Below are positions 40,815 to 51,900 of a DNA stretch of 64,000 bases, in pieces (within the stretch, counting starts at the first letter, position 1; each line of letters begins with the position of its first letter). The notes under the pieces are model-generated. The model ran no database searches. It was not told where the DNA came from and saw nothing but the letters and a program-made list of their open reading frames with translations. This stretch comes from an uncultured Spirochaetota bacterium (lineage in GTDB: Bacteria > Spirochaetota > UBA4802 > UBA5550), in contig CAWHAA010000005.1 in assembly GCA_963827275.1 (NCBI GenBank), forward strand, positions 224,001 through 288,000, in the 5' to 3' direction. The translations under genes and the position numbers were made by a program.

Positions 40815-42830
40815 TCATTTATCGATAATGTAAAACTCCGTCCTCCGGTTCTTTCTCCGTCCCTCGGCGGTTTTATTGTCCCCTATCGGCCTGTCGGGGC
40901 CGTACCCCGCGGCGATGAGCCGCTCGGGGCTGATCCCGTTCTTGATCATGTACTCCCTGACCGCGTCCGCCCTGCGCTCGGAAAGCTTCATGTTGTGCGC
41001 GCGGGAACCGGTAATGTCCGTGTGGCCGCGCACCTCGAGGCGCAGCTTCGTGTTCTTTTTCAGCCCCTCGATCATCCTGTCCAGGATATTGAGCGATTCC
41101 TTCTTCAAATAAGCCTCGTCGATCTCGAAATGGATGTTATCGACGACGATCCCCTTCCCCTTCTCTATCTTCTCCAGCTGTATGGACGCCTCGTTGTCAG
41201 CGCGGGAGATGATGATCTTCTTCGGCACATACCCGTCCGCATCGGCGGTCAGCTCCACGTCATTTGAGTCAGGCACCCGCACCTCCTGCGCCGGCGTCCG
41301 GATCGCCCTCCTGTCGGAAAAAACCAGCTTCCCGCTGTCCCATTTCTTGATGTCAATGTTCGCGGAGATCGGATTGTTTTTTTCATCGGTCACGGTTATT
41401 TTAACGGGCCGCAGCTCGTCCTTTTTCTCCGGGGACGCTTTCTCCGGCGCCTTTTTCCCCGCGTCGCGGGCGGGGGCCGCCGCAGTACCGGCATCCTTCG
41501 TGTTATATGGATCATACACCGCGCTCCCCCCGTCGATGATGCGGGGATAATAATCGGTCCCCACCGCGTACAGGTAGTTGCCGGCGGGGACGAACATGAT
41601 CCCGCCCGAGGCGGCCGGCTGGTACGCGCCGCCCGGGAACGGCGGGACGAACTCCCACAGGGCCTCCGTGCGGCTGAAGCGGAGCGCGCGCAGGCGCGCG
41701 TAGGAGAGCTCGCGGTCGCCCACCTTCTTTTTAATTGTGGCCGCCACGTAGATCTGGTCGCGGATGGTGACGAAATAGGGGCTCGATTTCTCGCCCAGGT
41801 CGATCGATGACGATATCGCCCCGTCGGAGGGGTTTATCATGACCACCCGACGGTTGCCGGCGGTGAAGAGGATCTCGCGCTCGGTAAAGCTCGGGTTGGA
41901 GGTGATGGTTTCGCCGTAGTCCTTCTGCCAGAGGGGCGCGCCGTCCGGGAGATTGAAGCAGTGCATGACGCTCCCCGAGGCCAGGAACACCCTCCGCTGG
42001 TAGATCACGGGGGAGAAGATGCGCTCCGGCCTGGTAATGGGCCGCGACCATACCGCGGCGCCGGTATCAGCGTCGAGGCAGTACAGGGTGAAGACATTGG
42101 TTCTGTAATCCATCGACTGGGTGAAGATATAATTTTCATAGAATGACGGGAACCCGCTGTACGACTTCACGCTCTGGTTGTCCCACTTCAGGTGTCCCTG
42201 GAGGATGTCGCGGGACATGAACACGTTCCGCGTGCCGTAGTAGAGCACGTCATTGTGTATCACCGGGTCCGAGTAGATCCCGTCGACGAGCGTGGTCGAA
42301 TGCTTCGCCGGGTCCCAGGCCGCATTGTCCCCCGGACTCCAGCGGGGGGTCTTCTTGTTGTACGCGCTGTCCCTGTCGAAGAGGTCCTTTTCGTCGCGCA
42401 TGCCGGTGCGGGCCCAGAGCACGCCACCGCTCTTCTTGTCCAGGCAGTATATGACGAAATTATCGGTAAGGATCAGACGGTGTCCCTTGATCAGGGGATA
42501 CTTCACCTTTCCCGCCGCCTTCGATCCCGGCGTAAAACGGGCCGACAGCTCGGTGAGATTGATCTTCCACACCTGTTTGCCGGAATCCTCCTCGAGGCAG
42601 TAGACGTTCTTTTTGATGTCCACGAAAAAGACCATGCCGTCGGATATGATCGGGTTGTAGACCATATCCACCGCCTGGAAGAGCCATTTGAGGTTATTGT
42701 TCTTTACCGTGATCTCGTCATTGTTACCGGTAAAGAAGATATTTCCCTTGTACACCGGCCAGTCCGAAGCGCGGACGGCGGCGGAGAGCAGGATCAGGCA
42801 GAGAGGCAAAAGCCGCATGCGCAATTTCAT
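40815..42830 (-). CDS. PQQ-like beta-propeller + OmpA peptidoglycan-binding domain protein
   Basis: Signal peptide, repeated LD..TG...W blades, and C-terminal GHTD, NMKLSERRA and NRRTEF. Confidence 0.9.
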   Translation of the reverse strand: MKLRMRLLPLCLILLSAAVRASDWPVYKGNIFFTGNNDEITVKNNNLKWLFQAVDMVYNPIISDGMVFFVDIKKNVYCLEEDSGKQVWKINLTELSARFTPGSKAAGKVKYPLIKGHRLILTDNFVIYCLDKKSGGVLWARTGMRDEKDLFDRDSAYNKKTPRWSPGDNAAWDPAKHSTTLVDGIYSDPVIHNDVLYYGTRNVFMSRDILQGHLKWDNQSVKSYSGFPSFYENYIFTQSMDYRTNVFTLYCLDADTGAAVWSRPITRPERIFSPVIYQRRVFLASGSVMHCFNLPDGAPLWQKDYGETITSNPSFTEREILFTAGNRRVVMINPSDGAISSSIDLGEKSSPYFVTIRDQIYVAATIKKKVGDRELSYARLRALRFSRTEALWEFVPPFPGGAYQPAASGGIMFVPAGNYLYAVGTDYYPRIIDGGSAVYDPYNTKDAGTAAAPARDAGKKAPEKASPEKKDELRPVKITVTDEKNNPISANIDIKKWDSGKLVFSDRRAIRTPAQEVRVPDSNDVELTADADGYVPKKIIISRADNEASIQLEKIEKGKGIVVDNIHFEIDEAYLKKESLNILDRMIEGLKKNTKLRLEVRGHTDITGSRAHNMKLSERRADAVREYMIKNGISPERLIAAGYGPDRPIGDNKTAEGRRKNRRTEFYIIDK

Positions 42831-43048
42831 ATCTTACACCCCGTTATTCGACGTGATACAGATGCATTCCGCTAAATATACCACCCGCCGGCGGTAAAGG
42901 CAAATAAAAATTCGTTCCGGCATTGCGCCGTATTGCGTAAAAAAATGTTGCAGAATAATTCGCGTCATAGCATCCCCGTAATATGCGGTCCGGAATACGA
43001 GCCCCATCGGGCCGCAGGAGATCATTCCGGGCAACGGCAGGAGGGACC

Positions 43049-43624
43049 ATGACCGAACACAAACCGACACGGGAAGAGGCGCTGGCGCTTCTCAAAGAGT
43101 ATACCGGGACCGAAAACCTGCTGAAGCACGCGCTGGCGGTGGAAGCCGTCATGCGGCACTTCGCCCGCAGGCAGGGGGATGACGAGGAGGCGTGGGGAGT
43201 CGTGGGCCTCGTGCACGACCTCGACTATGACCGCTACCCCGCCGAGCACTGCGCCATGAGCCAGAAGATACTGCGCGAAAAGGGCTGGCCCGAAGAGTAC
43301 GTACGGGCGGTCGCAAGCCACGGGTGGGGCATGTTCACGGACATCGAGCCCCGGACCCCGATGGAAAAGACGCTCTACGCGGTGGACGAGCTCACCGGCC
43401 TCATCACCGCGGCCGCGCTGGTGCGGCCCTCGCGGAGCCTCATGGACCTCGAGGCATCTTCAGTAAAGAAAAAATGGAAGGACCGGGGGTTCGCTGCGGG
43501 CGTGGACCGCTCGGTCATAGAAAAAGGCGCCGCCATGCTGGGCATCGAGCTGGCCGAGCTGATCAGGGAATCGATCCTGGGCCTGAGGGAAATCGCAGGG
43601 GAGCTCGGGCTGGCGGGGAAGTGA
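43049..43624 (+). CDS. HD-domain (HDIG) phosphohydrolase
   Basis: LLKH, GLVHDLDY, AVDEL and FAAGVDR motifs; AGGAGG RBS. Confidence 0.9.
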   Translation: MTEHKPTREEALALLKEYTGTENLLKHALAVEAVMRHFARRQGDDEEAWGVVGLVHDLDYDRYPAEHCAMSQKILREKGWPEEYVRAVASHGWGMFTDIEPRTPMEKTLYAVDELTGLITAAALVRPSRSLMDLEASSVKKKWKDRGFAAGVDRSVIEKGAAMLGIELAELIRESILGLREIAGELGLAGK

Positions 43625-43625
43625 C

Positions 43626-45579
43626 TCAGGCCCCCGGCTTCCGCCGCGCCCATCGTACAATAAAAAACAGGGCGACCCCCGCCAGACAGGAGAGGAGCAT
43701 AACCGCGCCAAACACGCTCCAGGTGATCCATGTGCCCCCTCCCAGGAGGGCAACCGGGCCGAGGCCCGGCTCGCTCGTGATCCTTCCAAGCTTCTTTCTG
43801 TATTTCTCCGGCACGTCCGGGTACCCGTCGCCGTTGAGCGTCCTCGAAACTGCGGGCATACTCCATGAGCGCGACCCACTGCTTCACCTCCTGGGTGCCC
43901 GGCTTTTGCGGGTCCGCGTCCACCAGTGCGGATTCCAGGTCATCGATCGGCTTCCCGTTCCCGTCCTTGGGCACGATCTTCAGGATGTTCATGGTGAAGT
44001 CCCCAACGATCTTCAGGAACGACGCGTTATAATAATTCGCGGTGATGCGGTAGAGCTTTTTATTCGACCGGGAATAATCGAGCGGCCAATACCCCTCTTC
44101 CTCGCTGCCTATCTCGATACCGGTCACGCGGTCGAACATCACGCGGTTCGGGTTGTACGTAAACCTGAGGCCCGATATCTGCAGAAAATAATCCTCGCCC
44201 TTCAGCGGATATATGCTGGTCGGCACCTCAAGCGCCTTCTTGATTTCGGAGGCGTAGAGGTACACCGCGACCATCGGATAGCCCATCGCGCCGTCAGGGC
44301 CGAAGCCGAGCGGCAGCGACGAGAACAGGTCCGCGGCGGAAATTTTGCCGGTCTTCCCCTTCGCCACCCCCTCACGTATGATGCCGTTTGAATCGAACGC
44401 CGCCACGACGCGCGTGCCGGGTTTGCGCGGATCGCAGGCAAACCTGTTGACGTACCACCTGCCCGCGTCGGTGATCAGGTTGCCGACCGGGGTTTCTTCC
44501 GCGGCAAAGCCGAGGTCGAAGCCGGTGCGCGCGACGATCGAATCAAACCCGAGGTTGAGGCGCGACAGGGCCAGCCTGCCGACCTCCTCCTTGAACCCGC
44601 CGATCATCGCCGTCATGCCCGCGTCCCCCCTGATACTGTCGTCAATTTCGATGACGCGGTAACCGTCAAGGCGGGCGCCGCCGGCGCCGACGGTCACGTC
44701 CAGGATGCCCGCCTGTAGGCCGTAGCACCAGGCCTGCACGATGATGGTCTTCCCCTGGACTATCGGCGTTGCAAGCGCGGTATGCGAGTGGCCGCTGATG
44801 ATGATGTCGATATCGGGCGCTTCGCGGGCAAGCCGCACGTCTTCAGATTCCGGCAGGTCGCCGGGGTCAAGTCCGCCATGGGAAAGGCAGACGACGAGAT
44901 CCGCCTTTTCCTGCGTCCTGAGGCGCGCCGTCATCGCCCGCGCCGTTGCGGCGGGGTCACCGAAGGTCACCGGCGCGGCGAAGGGGGATACCTCGGCCGC
45001 GTTCCTGCCGATGAGGCCGAAGAAGCCGATCCTGACGCCGTCCCGCACCTCGATGCGGTAGGGGCGCACCAGCCCGGACGCGAACGCCGCTTCCAGCGTG
45101 TCGTCCCGCGGGTCCTCTTTGCTGAATATCACATTGGAGGAGACAATGGGCGGCAGGCCGTCACGGCCGCGCGCCGCGCCGAGTATGCGCGCGAGCCCGT
45201 CCGGCCTGAGGTCGAACTCATGGTTGCCCAGGGTCACCATGTCATAGCCCATCCGCTTCATGAGGCGCAGCTCGTACGCGCGCTCCCTGCAGGCCATGTG
45301 AAAGAGCGTCCCCATCATGAAATCACCCGCATCGACGACCAGGACCGGGTTGTTCCGCTCGGCCCTGGTGTTCCCGATCACGGTCATGATCCGCGCCCAG
45401 CCGCCCTTCGTCGCGTCATCCCCGGTCACGTCCGGCGTGTAATCGAGCGTGGGCGGGAACCCGAGGAGATGTGAATGCATGTCATTTGTATGAAGAAACG
45501 TGATTTTCCGGTCTGCGGAGAATGTTTCAATCGGAACGGCAACCATCAGGGAAAAAACCAGGCAGGAAAACAGTTTCAT
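43626..45579 (-). CDS. Metallophosphatase/5'-nucleotidase with a C-terminal membrane anchor (apparent +1 frameshift at ~43839)
   Basis: HTNDMHS, DAGD, GNHEFD and SGHSH motifs; the C-terminal LNGDGYPD...TM segment lies in the adjacent frame. Confidence 0.88.
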
Positions 45580-45771
45580 ACGACCCTCCTCGTGCCGCGG
45601 CCGTGATCTGCGCCCGGGACATTCCATGAATCTACGGGTACATGGAAATATTTCAAGTATTAATTATTCCGCCGCTGACGGCCGCGGCCTTCACGTGCTG
45701 CCGGGATATATCTTCTTGACAGGAGGAATGGAACCATGAGATGCTCATGATTATTTATCGCGATACAGACC

Positions 45772-46580
45772 GTGAGAAAAAAAAGCAAACTCCCCATACT
45801 GGTAATCATCCCTCACGGCGGCTGCAAGGTGCCGGAGGAGCTCGCCGGCTACGAAGCGGTGAGCAAGTTCGACCTGTTCCTCCAGTCCGATCACCTGCGC
45901 CAACGAGCTGTTCTCCTTCGGTGACCGCGTCGCGCGGCACCATTGACGCCACCATCTCCCGGCTCTTCACCGACCTGGACCGCCCCCTGACCGCGCTGCC
46001 GCCGCTCCAGGACGGTGTCATAAAAAAATCGACCCTCCTCGGGAAGCCGGTCTTCCGGGAGGACCTTTTCCCGGATGAGATTGCGATTGCGAATGTCCTC
46101 CGCCGCTACTGGTCCCCGTTCCACGAAGCGGTCCGGAAGATCATCGACACCGGCGGGATACGCCTGATACTTGAATGCCACACGATCATGCCGGTAGGAC
46201 CGAAATTCTCGCGCGATCCCGGGAGGCCGCGGCCCATGGCGCGGCTGGAACACGTCATCCCGTCCGACAGCGGCGCCAGGAGCACCTGCGACCCCGCACT
46301 CGCGCAGGGACTCATGGAGAGCCTGAAAAAATCGCTGGACGGGGAGGAGGATACCATTACCGAGAAACTGACCGTCAGCCGGGAGCCATCGCCGGGCTTC
46401 ATCCTTGCGCGTTACGGCGCAGGGAGCGTCCCCATGATCAGGCTCTCGCTCTCGCGCTCACTGTACCTGAACGACAGGTACTTCAATATTGATTTCCTGA
46501 GAGTGGATGAGCTGCGGATCAGGCACCTGCGGGACCTTCTGTGGGACGCGGTGGAAAGATTTTTTACCAGGAACATGTAA
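45772..46580 (+). CDS. N-formylglutamate amidohydrolase family (two apparent +1 frameshifts, ~45892 and ~45935)
   Basis: Reconstructed GTG start: LPILVIIPHGG..VP.EL...SD-TCANELF...ISRLFTDLDR...YWSPFH...LECH. Confidence 0.8.
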
Positions 46581-46661
46581 CCCGGGACGCCCCCGCCATT
46601 CGTGCAGCCGGCAGAGAGCCCGGCGCCGGGGAAGTGGCGCATGCGCCGCGCCCCTTAAATG

Positions 46662-46685
46662 AAAAAAGCCCCCCGTTCGGAGGGC
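46662..46685 (-). terminator. Rho-independent terminator after the lipoprotein gene
   Basis: GCCCTCC-gaac-GGGGGGC followed by TTTTTT on the minus strand. Confidence 0.7.
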
Positions 46686-46740
46686 CCTGGCGGGGCACCG
46701 GCGAACCGGAGCCCCGTAGTAGCGGCTTGCACGGGACCGT

Positions 46741-47178
46741 CTACTTCATTACGCCGGGCTTCCCCATCTTTTTCGCCATCTCCTGTGACGCCTTCATGAC
46801 CTCGGGATCCATCATGTATTTCATCATCTTCATGGATACCGTGAGGAGCTTCTGCCCCATCTGGTCAAGCTTTTCGAATTCCTCTTTCAATTCGGACGGG
46901 GGGTTCTTCTTGTCCCAGGTTTTCAGCTCGGGGTATTTTTTCTCGATCTCCTGCCCCTTCTTCGCAAGCGCTTCCATCTTGTCGCCCAGTTCGGTGATGG
47001 CCTCGGCCACTTCCTTCGCGCTGCCGGACTTCTCGAGCGCCTTGATGTAGTCCTCGTTGACGCTGATAACGTCATTCATGTATTCCTTCAGGTCACCGTA
47101 TTTTCCCGCCGGTTTGCATCCGAAGCCGGCCAGAGCAAACACCGCGGCGATGGTCAATGTCATAATTTTATTCATCAT
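46741..47178 (-). CDS. Helical lipoprotein of unknown function
   Basis: Lipobox (AGFG-C), AAGGAG RBS, Lys/Glu/Met-rich helices. Confidence 0.8.
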   Translation of the reverse strand: MMNKIMTLTIAAVFALAGFGCKPAGKYGDLKEYMNDVISVNEDYIKALEKSGSAKEVAEAITELGDKMEALAKKGQEIEKKYPELKTWDKKNPPSELKEEFEKLDQMGQKLLTVSMKMMKYMMDPEVMKASQEMAKKMGKPGVMK

Positions 47179-47301
47179 TTGCGAGCTCCTTTATGCGTAG
47201 TGCTATTCGTTCGATCGTTCATTTTCATGATGCGCGAAAGGCCGATACAAGCGCAGTGAGCGCCTCTTCCCTGCAGACGACATTACATGAAAAAATATAA
47301 A

Positions 47302-48234
47302 TTATGTCAAACCTAAAATATAATCATATGCTTCAAGCGACGCCATTGCCCCGTCCGCCGCCGCCATGACAATCTGGCGCCTTGATCCCAGCCGCATGTC
47401 GCCGGCGGCGAAAAGTCCCGGTACCGGCGTTCTCATCTTCATGTCGACGATCACCTCCCCGGCCTCGTTCAGCACCTCGCCGGGTAGATACCCGGTGTTC
47501 GCGTCAAACCCGACAAAGATGAACACCCCGTCAACAGCCAGGTCCGTGCGCACTCCGGTCTTCACGTTTTTCAACGACACGCTCTCGACCTTTGTTTTTC
47601 CATTAATTGACTCCACGACGGTATCCAGCACCGGCTGGATCCTGTCGTTGGAGGAGACCCTGTCCTGGAGAATTTTTGAGCCGCGGTACTGGTCCCGGCG
47701 GTGAATAAGAAAGACCTTGCGGGCAAAGCGCGTCAGAAAATGCGCTTCCTCGAGCGCGGTATTGCCGCCGCCGATCACCGCGCAGACACGCTCTTTGTAA
47801 AACGCACCGTCGCAGGTGGCGCAGGTGGAAACCCCATGACCGAGGTACTCATCTTCGCCGGGAATCTTCAGCTTCCGGTACGTGGCGCCGGTTGCGGCGA
47901 TCACGGCTTTTGACTCCATCACCGTATTATCTGTCATCGTGACCGTGAATGTCCCCGTTATTGCGTCCCTGGCGACGGAGGCGACGACACCGCTCACGAC
48001 CTCGGACCCGAGCCTGCGGGCCTGCTCCTCCATCCGCGACATCAGCTCCCATCCCGCCAGGGGTTCTGCAAAGCCGGGGTAATTCTCCACCTCGTAGGTG
48101 TTCATCACCTGGCCGCCCGGCGATAACTTTTCGACAACGACCAGGTCAAGGCCGGCCCTCATCCCGTAAATTGCGGCTGAAAGCCCCGCGGGACCGGCGC
48201 CGATAATGATAAGATCTTTCATGGTCAACTCCAT
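47302..48234 (-). CDS. trxB: Thioredoxin-disulfide reductase
   Basis: GAGPAG, VENYPG, CATCDG, GGGNTA, HRRD and AAGD motifs. Confidence 0.96.
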   Translation of the reverse strand: MELTMKDLIIIGAGPAGLSAAIYGMRAGLDLVVVEKLSPGGQVMNTYEVENYPGFAEPLAGWELMSRMEEQARRLGSEVVSGVVASVARDAITGTFTVTMTDNTVMESKAVIAATGATYRKLKIPGEDEYLGHGVSTCATCDGAFYKERVCAVIGGGNTALEEAHFLTRFARKVFLIHRRDQYRGSKILQDRVSSNDRIQPVLDTVVESINGKTKVESVSLKNVKTGVRTDLAVDGVFIFVGFDANTGYLPGEVLNEAGEVIVDMKMRTPVPGLFAAGDMRLGSRRQIVMAAADGAMASLEAYDYILGLT

Positions 48235-48258
48235 TTACATGCCGGAACATCCGGCTCT

Positions 48259-48271
48259 ACCGATAACTATC
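48259..48271 (+). repeat. ACCGATAACTATC motif copy 8 (intergenic, upstream of trxB)
   Basis: Exact 13-mer. Confidence 0.85.
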
Positions 48272-48396
48272 CCCCTGCCGAGGATGAACTGATATCCTCG
48301 CTTTTCCGAGGAATTTATTGCAAGTAAAAATATACTTGAAATCTAAACATTTAGTATATTCAATGTTTTTTAAACAATAAGGATGATACCCTCTTT

Positions 48397-48627
48397 ATGG
48401 AACAGATTGAGAACAAAGACCTTGAAAGCGCCCGTAAACGTTTCATAATTTCCGTGATTCTTCTCATCCTGGCCGTACTATACAGCATATCACCAATAGA
48501 TATTATCCCCGATATTATCCCCATCGCCGGATTTCTGGATGATATCCCCCTGCTCTTATCAACAGCCGCAAACGCGGGATATTCCTACCACAAACTGAAA
48601 AAAGAAGAAAAACATCGCACACCATAA
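48397..48627 (+). CDS. DUF1232/YkvA-like small membrane protein
   Basis: YSISPIDIIPDIIPIAGFLDD signature. Confidence 0.88.
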   Translation: MEQIENKDLESARKRFIISVILLILAVLYSISPIDIIPDIIPIAGFLDDIPLLLSTAANAGYSYHKLKKEEKHRTP

Positions 48628-48688
48628 CGATTCCCGTAGCGCCGCATATCCTCATGAAAGACTAAAATGACCGGACTGAATAAAAAAG

Positions 48689-48717
48689 TTGACTACCATC
48701 AGTTATTTTAGTATATT
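48689..48717 (+). promoter_or_regulatory. Sigma70-like promoter for the small UGA-containing ORF
   Basis: TTGACT-17 nt-TATATT; near-palindrome TTAG-TTA-CTAA just downstream (~48727-48737). Confidence 0.65.
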
Positions 48718-48763
48718 AGATATTAATTAGTTACTAAATTTTATAATTTCAGGATGAAAATCA

Positions 48764-48910
48764 ATGCATTCAATCATATGGCTTATCATCTTTATCGTCG
48801 GCTGGTTTATTCTTCAGCGGTACGTCCTTCCCCGCTTCGGTGTGCCCACCTGAATGTCCCCAGACTGTTCTCTGGACGAGAACAAGAAAAGAAAGAAAAA
48901 CGAGGAATAA
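48764..48910 (+). CDS. Small membrane protein with an in-frame UGA, candidate selenoprotein (MHSIIWLIIFIVGWFILQRYVLPRFGVPT-U-MSPDCSLDENKKRKKNEE)
   Basis: AGGA RBS, one TM helix, TGA at 48851-48853, frame stays open to TAA 48908-48910; hairpin immediately 3' of the UGA; absent from the supplied ORF track. Confidence 0.65.
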
Positions 48911-48919
48911 TATACAATT

Positions 48920-51900
48920 TTACTGCGGTGAATTATTATCTTCAAGGGGCTGGTCGTTTGTTTTCTCCTCGGGCACGGCCTCTTCCCCCGGAGGGGCATC
49001 TTCATGCTCCGGCAACTCTTTTTCTTTTTCCGGGCGCGCGCCGTTTGAATCAGGAGCAGCAGGGTCCTTCGCCGGAGCGCCATCTTCTTCACGGGGCACG
49101 GCGGCGTCGTTCTCGGGCTGGGCGCCGTTTTCGCCCCGCTCGCCGATATTCTTTTTCCGCTTCCTGTCGCGCTTTTTCCTCTCGTACTCCTCATTGCCGC
49201 TATAAAAGTCCTCATTGACCTTCAGCGTGACATCATATTTTTTTTCAATGATACGCGCGATTTTCCATATTCTTCCCGGCCGCGAGAAATGTTCTATCAG
49301 CTGCCGGGCCCGCTCGATATTATCGTTCTCGATGCAGGCATGAACCATCCTCTCGAAGGCGGGATGGTCCGAATCAAACTCGACTGCCAGCTTTAAAAAT
49401 TCCTCGTAATAGCGGACCGCGTCATCATACCGCCCGTCGTCATAGTATTTGTCCGCGATGACCAGAAATTCACCGCGTTTTTCCTCCTGTGTGCGGACCA
49501 CCTCAAGGCGGCGCGGCCTGCCGTCCCTGCCTTTCAGGAGATAGTGCCCGTTGGAAAAAGCGACCTCCCCGCATGAGCGCGCGAGCTTCGCCAGATACGC
49601 GTCATACTCGTCGCCGCCGAGTATCGCGGAGCCCTTGAAGGTGGCGGCAAGAATATCCCGGAGCAGCGGCACCGCGATCCTGTCCGCGGCCCTCCCGATG
49701 GAATAGTTGCGCCTGTTCCCGAGCCGCACGCCCGCAATGTAGGCGCAGTCGCCCGCGATGAAGTGGACCGTGGCCAGCGCGTCGCGCAGGTCATTCGAGG
49801 TCCCCGTCTTCCCGGCGCCGATGCCGTCCATGCCCGCCATGGTCCCCCGCCTGACCGTCTCCCGCAGCGCCATGTCAATCAGGATGACGGCGGCCCTGAC
49901 CCGCTCGGCGCCGAACCTGTCGAGGACGGAGCACCGCATCGGCCGGTAGGCCGGGCGAATGACGGCGCCGTCCGGACCGCGCACGGCGTCGATGTGCGTG
50001 TGCTTCTGAATGATCCCGAGGTTCGTGAAGAGGGAATAGGCGAGCAGGTAGCGGTCATAGCGCTGGTCGCCCGCCGATCCTCCGAGGATGATGGAGCGGA
50101 ACGGCCTGTGCTGCGCCTCCGGGTCGGTGATATCCATGGTCTCGTTCAGAAGGCGCGCGAACACGGCAGGGGTCACCAGTTCCTGGATCTGGACGTGGAT
50201 GCCGTTGACTGAATGCACCAGCGCATCCTCGACGCTCATCCATTCATTGGTATACTCCCGGAAATTCCTGGGCGACCAGTCCCAGTATTTTTCAATCTCC
50301 TCGATCTCTTTCCAGCGCTTCGGATTTTTATGGATGAAATTCTGGTAAATACGCTGCTGCTCCAGGGTATACGTATTGTAGGTAACCCTGCTGTTCTTGA
50401 ACATATCCTGAAGATTATAGCCGGAAAGGATGAAGTAGAGGTCAAGAAACGGCTTCAGGCTTGAACCGAGCGACCGGTTCGCCAGGGAGACCCAGTCCCA
50501 TTCGTCGTCCTCGCGAGACGGCCCTCCCACGTCGGCGATGATGCGGTTCAGTACCCGCGGAACGCCCGAGCGCGCGCCGTCATGGGCCTGGATGATGCGC
50601 GCGCCGCCCTCCACGCGCACCTGCCCGGGCTGACCGTCCACAAGGCAATCAGGGTCAACCGAGACCCATCGTGATCCCCGGTCGACCATCTTCTGCAGTC
50701 TTTTCTGGAGCGGCATATCTATGGTGGCGACCACCACCATGCCCGCGTCCGACCTCCCCTGGCCGAGCTCCCGTTCCAGCTCGCGCTTGATGTTGTTGGC
50801 GAGGCGGCTGTCAAAGGATACAACGCCGGGCGCAAAACGGAAGTTGACCTTCTGACGGTGCCGTGCGTCCCGGTACTCGTCCTCCCCTATCTCCCCGTTC
50901 TCGCGGAGAAGGCGGAGGGTGCTGTTCATCCGCCGCTCTATCCATGCTTTCGCCCTGGCCTTCGACCCGAGTAGTTCCCGGTAATTGGCCCGGTCAATGC
51001 GATACTGCTCGTTATCCGCCACCCAGCCGGCGACCGCTGCCCGTGACGCGCCCTCCCGGATAAGGGCGGCCAGCTCCTCCGCCTTGAGACAGAGGGCGTA
51101 TTCCTTGATCCTCGACGGCTTTTTGATTGCCGCCACCAGCATCACCTGCTCGCGGAGGTTCAGGCCGGCAAGCCCGCGCGAGAAGTACATCTCGGCCTGC
51201 GACTTGAAGCCCCTGATATCGGAATAGAGATGGCCGCCGTAGACCTCGTTGACGTACGCCTCCAGGACATGGTCCCGGGACCAGAACCAGTCCACCGCAA
51301 GCGATGCGGGCAGCTCGTGCATCTTCTGCTCTATCTGCAGGTCGGCGAAGTCGGCATCCCCCGCCCCGGAGGTGATGTACTTGGTGTACAGCATCTCCAT
51401 GACCTGGTTGGATATCGAGCTCCCGCCGCGGCTCTCATTCCGTATCGATGCATTGAATTTCTGTTCGTATTCATCGCACAGCCGCTCAAGCCACCCCAGG
51501 CCGTACCGGCCCGCGAGGTCATGCATGCCGCCGAACATTTTCCTGAGGACTTTCTTCGTCACCTGCGGTACAATGACCAGGTTGTCGTTCCCCCGGTGCG
51601 GCACGGGAAACAGGTCGTTTCTGAAGCGCCGGTCTTCCCTGAGGATGACCGCCTCCCGCATAACCCCGGGGACCTCGCCGATTGCGGCGAACTTCATGGA
51701 GTTGGCCTTGTGATACAGCACGGTGAGGACGTCGCTCACCTCGTTCACGCCCCGGACCCATTCAAGCGGGGCGACGCTTTTCATGATCGCGGCAGTGATA
51801 TCTTCCCTGACCCTCTCCCGGGAGATCGACATGTAATCAAAGAGGTCGAGCCGGTCTCCTGACAGGCCGTCAATAGCGCCAAGCGCAGACTCCCACCACC

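Noticed and set aside
48754..49218. 154-aa + strand ORF from the ORF track
   Set aside because: Mostly antisense to the PBP tail and not protein-like; the frame starting at 48764 explains the promoter and RBS better.
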